64,000 nt of DNA from Burkholderiales bacterium (GTDB lineage: Bacteria > Pseudomonadota > Gammaproteobacteria > Burkholderiales > Burkholderiaceae_C): the NCBI GenBank assembly GCA_947453625.1, contig CANGHK010000022.1, forward strand, positions 4,121 to 68,120, given 5' to 3'. How positions within the stretch are numbered: position 1 is the stretch's first letter; each line of letters opens with the position of its first letter. This document shows positions 17,495 to 26,185 of the stretch, piece by piece. The translations under genes and the position numbers were made by a program. The notes under the pieces were generated by a model. That model saw nothing but the letters and a program-made list of their open reading frames with translations. It was not told the origin of the DNA and ran no database searches.

Positions 17495-19267
17495 ATGAAC
17501 CTGACGTTCAAGCACCTGCTGCTGTCATCGCGCAGAACGGCGCAGGCCATCGGAAGCGCGCTGGTCGTGCTGGTGCTGGCGACCGCGATGCTGTCGATAT
17601 GGGTGATGCGCGGACAGGCCGAGGAGCATTGGCAAGGCGACCTCGAAACCATGTCGATGGTGCTGGCCGAGCACGCCGGCCAGAGCATGACCTCGGCTTA
17701 CCTGGTGCTCGATGACATCGCCGAAGGTTTGCGCCAGCAACACCTGGGCGGTGACGCCGCACTGCGCCAGGCCAGTGCCATGCCGACCGTTCACAGGATG
17801 CTGCGCGACAAGGCCAGCGCATCGCCGCAAATCGAAGTGGCATCGATAGTGGCCTTGAACGGCGATGTCATCACCTTCAGCCGCTCTTTCCCGGCGCCAC
17901 CGATCAACCTGGCGGACCGCGACTATTTCAAGCGGCACCGGGACAACCCTAGGCCGGAAGTGTTCGTCAGCCAACCCGTCAAGAACCGGGGCAACGGGAC
18001 CTGGACCTTCTACATCAGTCGGCGTCTGGACGATACGGCGGGGCACTTCATGGGCCTGGTGATCGTTGGCGTCACCAGCCAGTTCTTCACCGACTTCTAC
18101 GACCGCGTCCTGCAGCGTAGCCGCGGCAGGACGATAGGGCTGTTCGATCTGAACAACACCTTGCTGGCCCATTCATCGATCCGGCTTGACCCGGCGGTCA
18201 AGTCAGCCGGCGGCAGCTTGGGCGGACAAGGATCTGCCCCCGCGGCTCAGACCAGCGGCGACATCACGCCCTTGCCCGGCACGGTCAAGCTCGCAAGCGC
18301 CGAGGCGCAAGGCCTGATGGTGGACCGGGCCGTGTACAAATTTCCGCTGATGATACGGACGGGGATATCTGATGAGCTGCTGTACCAGCGCTGGCATGCC
18401 GCGGTGGCGACGATCGTCAGCGTCTCGGCCGCGGCCCTGCTGGCGCTGGTGACTTGCTTCACGCTGCTGGACCGTGTCCTCAAAAGGCGCGAGTGCGAAT
18501 TGGCCAACGCAGTGACGCTGCGCCGGCAGGCGGAGGCCGCCAACCTGGCCAAGTCCAGGTTCCTGGCCACGATCAGCCACGAGGTCCGCACCCCGTTGGC
18601 CGCAGTGCTTGGATTCTCGGAAATGCTGATCGACACGCCGATGACCACAGCGCAGCGCGACTGCGCGGTCACCGTTCATGAGGCCGGCCGCGAGTTGCTG
18701 GCGCTGACCGAAAAGATCCTGGACTTCCGCAAGATCGAGGCCGGCCAGCTGTCGATCCATCCGGCGGCCTTCGATCCCGCGGAGGTGGTCAGCGAGGTGG
18801 TTCGCCTGTTTTCAGCCCATGCGCAGAACAAGGGTCTGGTGCTGGCCGCCAGGATAGATCCGGCGGCAGCCACCGGCGTGGCGGGCGATGCAGTGGCACT
18901 GCGCCAGGTCCTGGCCAACCTGATCGAAAACGGCATCAAGTTCACCCAGGCCGGTAGCGTCCTGGTCGAACTCAAGGCGGCGGGCGACAGCAGCGGGGCA
19001 AACCACGCCCAGCTTCAATTCCGCGTCACCGACACGGGCATAGGGATCGCGACCTCGGCTCAGCAATCCGTGTTCGAACCGTTCAACCAGGTCGACAACA
19101 CGTTGGACCGCGAGTTCGGCGGCACGGGCCTGGGGCTGGCGATCTGCCAACGCCTGGTGGGTCTGATGGGGAGCCAGATCAAGTTGAGCAGCGCACCCGG
19201 CCGGGGGGCGGCATTCTGGTTCGACTTGCGTCTGCCGGTCGCCACGGTAACGACGTCAATGGCGTAG
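17495..19267 (+). CDS. sensor histidine kinase with periplasmic Cache-like domain
   Basis: N-terminal TM segment, periplasmic region with 'LADRDYFKRH', a second TM segment, H-box 'SHEVRTPLAAVLGFSE', N-box 'NLIENGIKFT', and 'DTGIGI' / 'GGTGLGLAICQRL'. Confidence 0.9.
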   Translation: MNLTFKHLLLSSRRTAQAIGSALVVLVLATAMLSIWVMRGQAEEHWQGDLETMSMVLAEHAGQSMTSAYLVLDDIAEGLRQQHLGGDAALRQASAMPTVHRMLRDKASASPQIEVASIVALNGDVITFSRSFPAPPINLADRDYFKRHRDNPRPEVFVSQPVKNRGNGTWTFYISRRLDDTAGHFMGLVIVGVTSQFFTDFYDRVLQRSRGRTIGLFDLNNTLLAHSSIRLDPAVKSAGGSLGGQGSAPAAQTSGDITPLPGTVKLASAEAQGLMVDRAVYKFPLMIRTGISDELLYQRWHAAVATIVSVSAAALLALVTCFTLLDRVLKRRECELANAVTLRRQAEAANLAKSRFLATISHEVRTPLAAVLGFSEMLIDTPMTTAQRDCAVTVHEAGRELLALTEKILDFRKIEAGQLSIHPAAFDPAEVVSEVVRLFSAHAQNKGLVLAARIDPAAATGVAGDAVALRQVLANLIENGIKFTQAGSVLVELKAAGDSSGANHAQLQFRVTDTGIGIATSAQQSVFEPFNQVDNTLDREFGGTGLGLAICQRLVGLMGSQIKLSSAPGRGAAFWFDLRLPVATVTTSMA

Positions 19268-19283
19268 ACGGCGCCGGGCGCGG

Positions 19284-20366
19284 TCAGCAGTCCAGGCAGG
19301 CGGCAGGGGGCGCTATCGGCTGACCGACGTCGATCTGCCGCTTGATGCGCCGCAGTTCGGGCAGGGTCTCGGCAAAGGCCTGGACCACCCGGGGATCGAA
19401 GCGCCTGGCCCCGTCGTTATCGAGGATTTCGGCCGCGCCATCGATCAACCCGGCGGACTTGAACGGCGACGTCGTCAACTGGTCAAAGGCGTCGGCCAGC
19501 GCCACGATCCGGCCCGACAGCGGGATGGCCTCGCCAGACAAGCCCAGCGGGTAGCCTGCACCGTCCCAGCGCTCGTGGTGGGACAGAGCGATCTCGGCGC
19601 CGAGTTGGAGCAGCGGCGAGGCCGACTTGCGCAGCAGTTGATGGCCGATGACGGTGTGCCGCTCCAAATCGCCGCGCTCGCTGTCGGTCAACGCGCTTCG
19701 CTTGAACAGCACCCGGTCGGGCACGCCGATGTTGCCGATGTCGTGCAGCGGCGCTGCAGCGATCAACTGCGCCTGCTGGGCTGGGCTCATGCCGAGCCGA
19801 TGCGCGATCGCTGCGGCATAGTGGGCCACGCGCTCGGCGTGCCTGCCGCTGCCCTCACCCCGCAGGGCCGCCATTGCCTTGAGCACGTCATGGTCTGGTG
19901 GCGGATCGCCTGCCTTGGGCGCCTTGGCCTCAACCCTGCGCGGCACCGCGAGCGCCTGGAAGCCAGCGGTGGCGCGGCCCATCGTCGGCGTGCCGGCCAG
20001 GCGTGCCAGGTTGCGCACCTGCAGCACGAACTCCTCGGGCAGGATGGGCTTGGCGATCACGTCGAGCGCGCCGGCCTGGAAGGCGGAGAGACGCACTGTC
20101 GCCGAGTCGGCACAACCCGACACCATCGCCACCGAAGTGCCGTGCAGCGCCCCGGCCTCGCGCAGCGAACTCAGCAATTGCACGCCGTCGATGCCGGGCA
20201 TCATGAAGTCCAGCAGCAAGACGGCCGGCGGCGCACCGGTGAAAGCCGACAGGGCCTGGCGGGGGTCGGTGTAGGTTCGGACATCCTGGAACCTGGCGCG
20301 CTGCAAGAGCAGGCGCATCTGGGCCAGGGCGGTCGGATTGTCATCCACGATGCCTATGAATTTCAT
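19284..20366 (-). CDS. response regulator with HD-GYP domain (RpfG-type c-di-GMP phosphodiesterase)
   Basis: Canonical receiver 'MKFIGIVDDNPT...VLLLDFMMPGIDG'. HD-GYP motifs 'LHDIGNIGVPDRVL' and 'HHERWDGAGYPLGL'. Confidence 0.9.
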   Translation of the reverse strand: MKFIGIVDDNPTALAQMRLLLQRARFQDVRTYTDPRQALSAFTGAPPAVLLLDFMMPGIDGVQLLSSLREAGALHGTSVAMVSGCADSATVRLSAFQAGALDVIAKPILPEEFVLQVRNLARLAGTPTMGRATAGFQALAVPRRVEAKAPKAGDPPPDHDVLKAMAALRGEGSGRHAERVAHYAAAIAHRLGMSPAQQAQLIAAAPLHDIGNIGVPDRVLFKRSALTDSERGDLERHTVIGHQLLRKSASPLLQLGAEIALSHHERWDGAGYPLGLSGEAIPLSGRIVALADAFDQLTTSPFKSAGLIDGAAEILDNDGARRFDPRVVQAFAETLPELRRIKRQIDVGQPIAPPAACLDC

Positions 20367-20391
20367 GGTCTAATTATAGATTGAATCGTTG

Positions 20392-20423
20392 TTGATGATT
20401 TAAGCATTTTTTCTAATCATCAA
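20392..20423. promoter_or_regulatory. 9-bp inverted repeat TTGATGATT-N14-AATCATCAA in the AT-rich divergent promoter region
   Basis: Read directly from the sequence. It lies between the HD-GYP regulator start (20366, minus strand) and the hybrid kinase gene. Confidence 0.3.
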
Positions 20424-20684
20424 ACAGGACATCCGGTCTGGCGGCCGATCGGCCGACGTCGAAAGCGTCCGATGCGGACAGGTGCGGCGGCGGGCGGGCC
20501 ATGGCGCACGGGATTCACGCGGGGGTGGGCGACCGCCACGGCTGTCAGGCGGCCCCGGGCCGGGCGCGCGTCGACTGGTCGCTCCCCTCGCCGGGCTCAT
20601 GAATCGGAAGGACATGCCGAAAACACGTCAATATCTCGACTGGACCCGCTGGTGGTGCGAATCAAGCGCATCCCCGCCCACCCG

Positions 20685-22400
20685 ATGACCAAACGAACGC
20701 GAGACCCCGCACGCAGGACTGCAGCACCGAAGAGCCGGTGGTGGGGCGCCAGCACCTTGACGGCGGCACAGGCTTTCTGGCGGCGTCTGACCACTGGCAG
20801 CAGCCACCAGGCACCGCCTATGCGGCAGCAGGGACTTGAACCGCAAGGCCTGCTGCAGACCCTGTCCAATCTCTCGCCCGAGGGCTTGATAGTCACTGAC
20901 GCCGGCGGCAGGGTCCTGTTCATGAACCATGCCGCCGACCGTTTGCTGGGCCGCCAAGCCGGCGGTTCGGCAACGGTTGATCTGCGCCATTTCGCGCCGC
21001 CGGCTTGCCGTACCGAGCTCGAATTGCTCTTCAGCCAAGCCGATTCCCAATGGATGCGACACGCGCAAAGGCTTTCGTCCTGGCCCACCATCGTCCCGAC
21101 CGACGGACGATTGGTCCCGGTCGAGATGTCATTCGCCCCGCTGGACTGGCAAGGCAGCAAGTTGCTGTGCCTGCACCTGCGCGCACGCCACGCCGATCCT
21201 GCGCTGCGGCAAGCGCAGCCGGCCGTCGAAGCCTCGCGCCTGGGACGCAACCACGCGCTGGCTGCGGTGAGCCACGAAATCCGCACCCCGCTCAACGGCA
21301 TGACGGGCATGCTCGACCTGCTGGGACGGTCCTCTCTCGACCCCGAACAATACGAGTTGCTGAAGTGCGCCCGCATGTCGATCAAACTGCTCCGCGTTGT
21401 GCTGGACGACTTGCTGGACTTGTCCAAGGTGGAAGCCGGCAAGCTTATTTTCGAGCAGATCGCATTCGATGTGCAGGAGCAACTCGGCAGCGCCCTGCGC
21501 CTGTTCGAGGCCCGCGCCAAGGAGAAAGGCCTTGCCTTCAGCGTGCAGTGGCAGACCTCGCAACGCATACTGGTAGGTGACCCGCACCGAATCTGCCAGG
21601 TGCTCAACAACCTGGTCGACAACGCGCTCAAGTTCACGGCCGTGGGTCAGGTGATGGTGCGGGTGCAGTGCACGCCGGGGCTGGGCAAGGAGGATGACTG
21701 CGAATTGTCGATGCGTGTCGAGGACACCGGCACCGGCATTCCGCCCGATCGCCTGATGGCGGTTTTCGACGCTTTTGCCCAAGCCGAGCCCTCGGTGGGC
21801 CGCCAATTCGGCGGCACCGGTCTGGGCCTGCACCTCAGCCAGCAGTTGTGCCAAGCCATGGGCGGTGGAGCGACCGTCAGCGCGCGCGACGGCGGCGGCT
21901 GTGTCTTCACGGCGACCGTTCACTGCAAGATCGCGGTTGGCATGTCGCCATTTCGGGACACGGTGCCGTTCGAAGATGAACTGGCGCGCCGCTTGCTCGG
22001 CGCAAGCGTGCTGGTGGTCGATGACAACCGCATCAACCAGAAACTGCTGGAGCGCTGGTTGCAGAAGCAAGGCATGGCGGTGCACTGTGTCTCGGACGGC
22101 GCGGCGGCAGTGCAAGCCGTGCGCCTGAAGCCCTACGACCTCGTGTTGATGGACGTGTCCATGCCGGTGATGAACGGACTCGATGCCACTGCGGCGATCC
22201 GGGCGCTGGCAATGGCAGGCGGGTTGGTCAACCCTTACTTCTCTGCGTTGCCTATCATCGGCGTTTCCGCTCACGCCATGCATGGCGACAAGGAGGCCTG
22301 CATCAAGGTGGGCATGAACGACTACATTACCAAGCCAATCCAGCGCGATGCCTTGTTGACCAAGATATCGGCGGCGCTCTCGCTCAACGCGGCTGCCTGA
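20685..22400 (+). CDS. PAS-domain hybrid sensor histidine kinase/response regulator
   Basis: PAS-like 'GLIVTDAGGRVLFMNHAADRLLG', H-box 'SHEIRTPLNGMTGMLDLL', 'NLVDNALKFT', 'GGTGLGLHLSQQL', and a C-terminal receiver 'VLVVDDNRINQ...DLVLMDVSMPVMNG'. The start is uncertain (ATG at 20685 or 20820); the Arg-rich track N-terminus from 20472 is unlikely. Confidence 0.85.
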   Translation: MTKRTRDPARRTAAPKSRWWGASTLTAAQAFWRRLTTGSSHQAPPMRQQGLEPQGLLQTLSNLSPEGLIVTDAGGRVLFMNHAADRLLGRQAGGSATVDLRHFAPPACRTELELLFSQADSQWMRHAQRLSSWPTIVPTDGRLVPVEMSFAPLDWQGSKLLCLHLRARHADPALRQAQPAVEASRLGRNHALAAVSHEIRTPLNGMTGMLDLLGRSSLDPEQYELLKCARMSIKLLRVVLDDLLDLSKVEAGKLIFEQIAFDVQEQLGSALRLFEARAKEKGLAFSVQWQTSQRILVGDPHRICQVLNNLVDNALKFTAVGQVMVRVQCTPGLGKEDDCELSMRVEDTGTGIPPDRLMAVFDAFAQAEPSVGRQFGGTGLGLHLSQQLCQAMGGGATVSARDGGGCVFTATVHCKIAVGMSPFRDTVPFEDELARRLLGASVLVVDDNRINQKLLERWLQKQGMAVHCVSDGAAAVQAVRLKPYDLVLMDVSMPVMNGLDATAAIRALAMAGGLVNPYFSALPIIGVSAHAMHGDKEACIKVGMNDYITKPIQRDALLTKISAALSLNAAA

Positions 22401-22500
22401 CCGAAAGACCACCCGATCAGGGCCTGGCCACCGGCAAGTCAAGCCGCGCGAGGATTGACCGGACAAGCTCGGCGATGCAGCGTGCCGGATGCACCCGGAC

Positions 22501-23265
22501 TCAGGAATCGGCGCGCGTGCCCTTGAGCGACCATTCGGCCATGGCCCGCGCGGTGCGGACCAGGATGTCGAAGTAGTCGACCACCACATCGCCTGGCTGC
22601 GTGGCCCCCGCCAGCAACTCCTGACGTATCCCTTCGGTTCGCTCGCAAGCCCGCAGCGCACCGACAGCCCGGCATTCGTGGGCAAACTCACCGAGGATCT
22701 GGACGGCACGCCCGTCCTGGCCCATGCAGGCCAGGCGGAGCAAGGAAAGCTTGCTGTTGAGCCGTTCGAGAAAGCCCAGCACAACGCAGCGTTGCCGCGG
22801 CAACTCCGCCTGTTCCGGTCCCTCGAACGACCGCGGATCGAACAGCGGCAGTGCTGCTTGCCCATCCGCCTTGCCATGTGGCTGAGGAATGGCGTCCGAC
22901 CCGACCCAGCGCAACATGTCCTGGCGCAGCAGATCGCCATCGATGCCTTTGCGGTAAGCCACATTGGCGCCGGCGAGCACGGCCATGGACCGGCCGACCT
23001 CGTCGTCGCGACTGACCAGCGCGATGATGCGCGCCTGCGAGGAGCCAACCGTCTCGCGCAAGGCACTGATCCAACTGAAACCGTCGATATCGGGCAAGCG
23101 GTAGGCGACGATCAGCAAGTCGACTTCGCACAGTCTGAACGACCTGAGCAAGGCCTTCGGCGAGTCGAAACTGGTCAGGTTCAGGTCGGACCTGTCGGGC
23201 ACCGCGCGCTCGAGCCAACGTTGCCAGGCGGGGCTGTGATCGACGATAGCGATGTTGCGGCACAT
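22501..23265 (-). CDS. receiver-like (pseudo-receiver) domain fused to an Hpt phosphotransfer domain
   Basis: The N-terminus aligns to CheY-like receivers, but reads 'IVDHS' and 'VDLLIVAYRLPDIDG', with Ala where the phospho-acceptor Asp is expected. The C-terminal helical domain has an Hpt-like 'FAHECRAVGALRACE'. Confidence 0.65.
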   Translation of the reverse strand: MCRNIAIVDHSPAWQRWLERAVPDRSDLNLTSFDSPKALLRSFRLCEVDLLIVAYRLPDIDGFSWISALRETVGSSQARIIALVSRDDEVGRSMAVLAGANVAYRKGIDGDLLRQDMLRWVGSDAIPQPHGKADGQAALPLFDPRSFEGPEQAELPRQRCVVLGFLERLNSKLSLLRLACMGQDGRAVQILGEFAHECRAVGALRACERTEGIRQELLAGATQPGDVVVDYFDILVRTARAMAEWSLKGTRADS

Positions 23266-23595
23266 GGGGTCTCGTCCGACAACTGGGACGTCAAGTAATT
23301 TTACAATTTTGTTATTTTAGATTGATATATAAGCGCTTTAATCATTGTTACAGTTTTATTTTCGATTGACCTTGTCGGTGGCACACCCGGGCGGCCGACG
23401 GTGGTTCAGACGCAAGCACATCGTGGCCACCCTCGGAGGCTGACCGCCGCGACCTCAAACGGGTTGGCAGGGTCCCCGGACCACCGACCCTTGACGGGGA
23501 GGAACGCCCGGCGCCGCCATGCCACGAAAGATCGCCGCGGAAATTGAAAAAGCCCTGCAACTCGTTGAGTTTCAGGGCTTCTCTTTCTAGTGTCT

Positions 23596-23672
23596 TGGCG
23601 GAGTGGACGGGACTCGAACCCGCGACCCCCGGCGTGACAGGCCGGTATTCTAACCAACTGAACTACCACTCC
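23596..23672 (-). tRNA. tRNA-Asp (anticodon GUC)
   Basis: The reverse complement GGAGTGGTAGTTCAGTTGGTTAGAATACCGGCCTGTCACGCCGGGGGTCGCGGGTTCGAGTCCCGTCCACTCCGCCA folds as a cloverleaf. The acceptor stem is GGAGTGG/CCACTCC, the anticodon loop is CUGUCAC, and CCA is encoded. Confidence 0.95.
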
Positions 23673-23798
23673 GCGACAGCTAGAAGTGTAGCACGCATTT
23701 TGTGGCCTTGGCAAGGGCAGCAGCGAAATGTCTTGAACAGTGCCACTTGCCTGTCTGCAAACAGCACAGGCCCGGGCGTTGAGCGAGGCCACAGCGGC

Positions 23799-23812
23799 TT
23801 GATCTAACTCAA
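23799..23812 (+). promoter_or_regulatory. candidate FNR/Anr (CRP-family) box TTGATCTAACTCAA
   Basis: 9/10 match to TTGAT-N4-ATCAA. It is centred about 82 nt upstream of the usp start codon. Confidence 0.35.
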
Positions 23813-23887
23813 GAAACGAAAGCATGGTCAGCGCACACTTCAGGAGACCGGGTCCTATAGCCCCCTCGCAACGCACCGGAGTTCAGC

Positions 23888-24322
23888 ATGTACCAACGCA
23901 TTCTTGTCCCCACCGACGGTTCGGACATCACCGCGAAGGCGGTCACGAGCGCCATCACCCTGGCCAAGCTGTCGGGCGCGGCCATCTCCACCTTGAGCGT
24001 CAAGGAGCCCTTCCCCTACAGCGCGATCTCTGAGATGCAGCCTGTACCGCCGCAGGAGTTCTACGACGCCCAGGAGCGCATCGCCGCCGGCCGGGTGCAG
24101 GCCGTGCTCGACGCCGCTGCGGCCGCCGGCGTGGTGTGCGAGGGCGCCACCGTGGAGGCGCTGCACCCCTGGGAAGCCATCATCGAGATGGCCAAGCAAA
24201 AGAGTTGCGACCTGATCGTGATGGCCTCGCACGGCCGGCGCGGCATGGCCGCGCTGCTGATCGGCAGCGAAACCAGCCGGGTGCTGACCCACAGCCCGCT
24301 GCCGGTACTGGTGGTGAAATGA
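23888..24322 (+). CDS. universal stress protein (UspA family)
   Basis: 'MYQRILVPTDGSD...', 'DLIVMASHGRRGMAALLIGSETSRVLTHSPLPVLVV'. GGAG lies upstream. Confidence 0.9.
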   Translation: MYQRILVPTDGSDITAKAVTSAITLAKLSGAAISTLSVKEPFPYSAISEMQPVPPQEFYDAQERIAAGRVQAVLDAAAAAGVVCEGATVEALHPWEAIIEMAKQKSCDLIVMASHGRRGMAALLIGSETSRVLTHSPLPVLVVK

Positions 24323-24356
24323 CTTGCCAGGCTTGGCGGCGCGCTTGCCGCGCTGC

Positions 24357-25139
24357 TCAGCCCGCAGGCATCAGCGCCTTGACCACGGTCACCAGCGAAA
24401 GACCCGCCGCGATCCAGCCCAGTTGCGCCAGCGTGGAGCGCAGTGGCAGCCGCCGCTGCAACTGCGGCAACAAATCGGCCACCGCCACGTAGACGAAGCT
24501 GCTCGACGCGGCCACCAGCAGGTAGGGAAACAGCGCTTCCCAGGGACCGACGACAAAATAGCCAAGCACGCCCCCAGCCACCGAGGCCAGGCCCGAAATC
24601 GCGTTGTACAGCAGCGCCTTGCGGCGGCTGAAACCGGCGTTGAGCAGCACGATGTAGTCGCCGACCTCCTGCGGGATCTCGTGGGCGATGATCGCCAGCG
24701 ATGTCACCAGGCCCAGCTGGGTGTCGGCCAGGAAGGCCGCAGCGATGATGATGCCGTCGCAGAAGTTGTGGATGCTGTCACCCACCAGCACGCTCCAACC
24801 GCCGCGCCCGGCCTGCTCGGCGTCGAAGCCATGACCGTGGTGGTGGTGCGGGTCGTCGCCTTCGTGGTGGTGGCCATGCCGGTACAACTCGGCCTTTTCC
24901 AGCAGGAAGAAGAACATCAAGCCGCCCAGAAGCGTGGCAAACAGGCGCTGCGGCTCGACCTTGCTCTCGAAAGCCTCGGGCAGCACATGCAGCAGCGCCG
25001 TGCCCAGCAGCACGCCCACTGACAAGCTCACCAGGTGGCGCACGATGCGGCCCAGCAGCGCCAGCGTCAGCGAGGCCGCCACCAGCACCGACAGCAGGCC
25101 ACCGGCCAGCGTCGACAGCACGATGTAGAACAACGTCAC
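24357..25139 (-). CDS. ZIP-family divalent metal transporter
   Basis: Multi-TM protein with a His-rich loop 'HGHHHEGDDPHHHHGHG' and 'AIIAHEIPQEVGDYIVLL'. The track start is a GTG, so the exact start is uncertain. Confidence 0.85.
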   Translation of the reverse strand: MTLFYIVLSTLAGGLLSVLVAASLTLALLGRIVRHLVSLSVGVLLGTALLHVLPEAFESKVEPQRLFATLLGGLMFFFLLEKAELYRHGHHHEGDDPHHHHGHGFDAEQAGRGGWSVLVGDSIHNFCDGIIIAAAFLADTQLGLVTSLAIIAHEIPQEVGDYIVLLNAGFSRRKALLYNAISGLASVAGGVLGYFVVGPWEALFPYLLVAASSSFVYVAVADLLPQLQRRLPLRSTLAQLGWIAAGLSLVTVVKALMPAG

Positions 25140-25194
25140 CGGATCTGCCTCGCGTCAGCCAGGCAGCGCAGCGGGCCTGACAGGCCAGCCTGCT

Positions 25195-26070
25195 TCAGAC
25201 CACACCCCGGGCCTTGAACCAGGCCAGGCAGCGCTTCCAGCCATCGGCGGCGGCGTCCTGGCGGTAGCTGGGCCGGTAGTCGGCGTGGAAAGCATGCGGC
25301 GCATCGGGATAGACCACGATGTCGGACTGCCTGGCCGCCGCGCTGCCCGCGGCCAGCGCGGCTTTCATGCGCTCCACCGACGCCAGCGGGATGCCGCTGT
25401 CCTGGCCGCCGTACAGGCCGAGCACCGGCGCGTTGAGCTGGGCCACCCGGTCGACGGGATGGGCCGGGTTCAACGCCGAGGTCGGCCCCTCCAGCCGGCC
25501 ATACCAGGCCACGCCGGCCTTGACCGCCGGGTTGTGCGCGGCGTAGAGCCAGCTGATACGCCCGCCCCAGCAGAATCCCGTGATGCCCAGCCGGCTGGCG
25601 TCGGCGCCCTGCCCGCGCGCCCAGGCCACGCTGGCATCGAGGTCGCCCATCACCTGCGCATCGGGCACCTTGTTGATCACTTCGCTGATCAGCTTGGCGA
25701 TCTCGCCGTAAGCGCCGGCGTCGCCCTGGCGCACGAACAACTCGGGAGCGACCGCGAAATAGCCTTGCCTGGCCAGGCGCCGTGCCACGTCGGCGATGTG
25801 CTCATGCACGCCGAAGATCTCGCTGACCACCAGCACCACCGGTGCATCGGCCTTGCCCGCCGGCGCGGCGCAGTAGGCCGGCAGCTTGAAATCGCCGACC
25901 GGAATCATCACCTCGCCCGCCACCAGGCCGGCGCTGTCGGTCTTGATCACCGTCTGCGCCGTCACCGGCAGGACGGCGGCGGCGAAGCCCGCACCGACCG
26001 AGGTGCGCACGAAATCTCGCCGGCTGAAATCGCGGCTGGGCGTCAGGCTGTCGAAGTCTTGTCGCAACAT
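25195..26070 (-). CDS. dienelactone hydrolase family protein (Tat-type signal)
   Basis: 'SRRDFVRTSVGAGFAAAVLP' followed by 'GITGFCWGG' and 'YPDAPHAF'. Start moved to ATG 26070 (GGGAGA upstream); the track start at 26091 is TTG. Confidence 0.85.
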   Translation of the reverse strand: MLRQDFDSLTPSRDFSRRDFVRTSVGAGFAAAVLPVTAQTVIKTDSAGLVAGEVMIPVGDFKLPAYCAAPAGKADAPVVLVVSEIFGVHEHIADVARRLARQGYFAVAPELFVRQGDAGAYGEIAKLISEVINKVPDAQVMGDLDASVAWARGQGADASRLGITGFCWGGRISWLYAAHNPAVKAGVAWYGRLEGPTSALNPAHPVDRVAQLNAPVLGLYGGQDSGIPLASVERMKAALAAGSAAARQSDIVVYPDAPHAFHADYRPSYRQDAAADGWKRCLAWFKARGVV

Positions 26071-26185
26071 GGAGTCTCCCGGGGTGGTCAAGGGCGGCGG
26101 ATCAGCTCGACGAAGCGACCCGCCCCGACCCGCATTCTAGGAAGCCGCAGAGCAAGCGCCCGGCCACCGAGCCGATACCGGTAGC

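Noticed and set aside
20472-20684. The upstream extension of the hybrid kinase ORF, 71 extra N-terminal residues.
   Set aside because: The extension is Arg/Gly/Ala-rich, begins inside the AT-rich-to-GC transition, and has no kinase sensor features. ATG 20685 or 20820 is more plausible, but the start remains uncertain.
17407-23672. Calling the signalling block a bona fide tRNA-Asp-integrated mobile genomic island.
   Set aside because: No integrase, excisionase, transposase or conjugation gene is present. I also could not find a direct repeat of the tRNA-Asp 3' end near 17.3-17.5 kb. Only compositional and contextual hints remain, so it is reported as a finding and not as a mobile_element feature.
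23406-23876. A 156-aa ORF between the Hpt gene and usp.
   Set aside because: It reads straight through the tRNA-Asp gene on the same strand and has no protein-like motifs.
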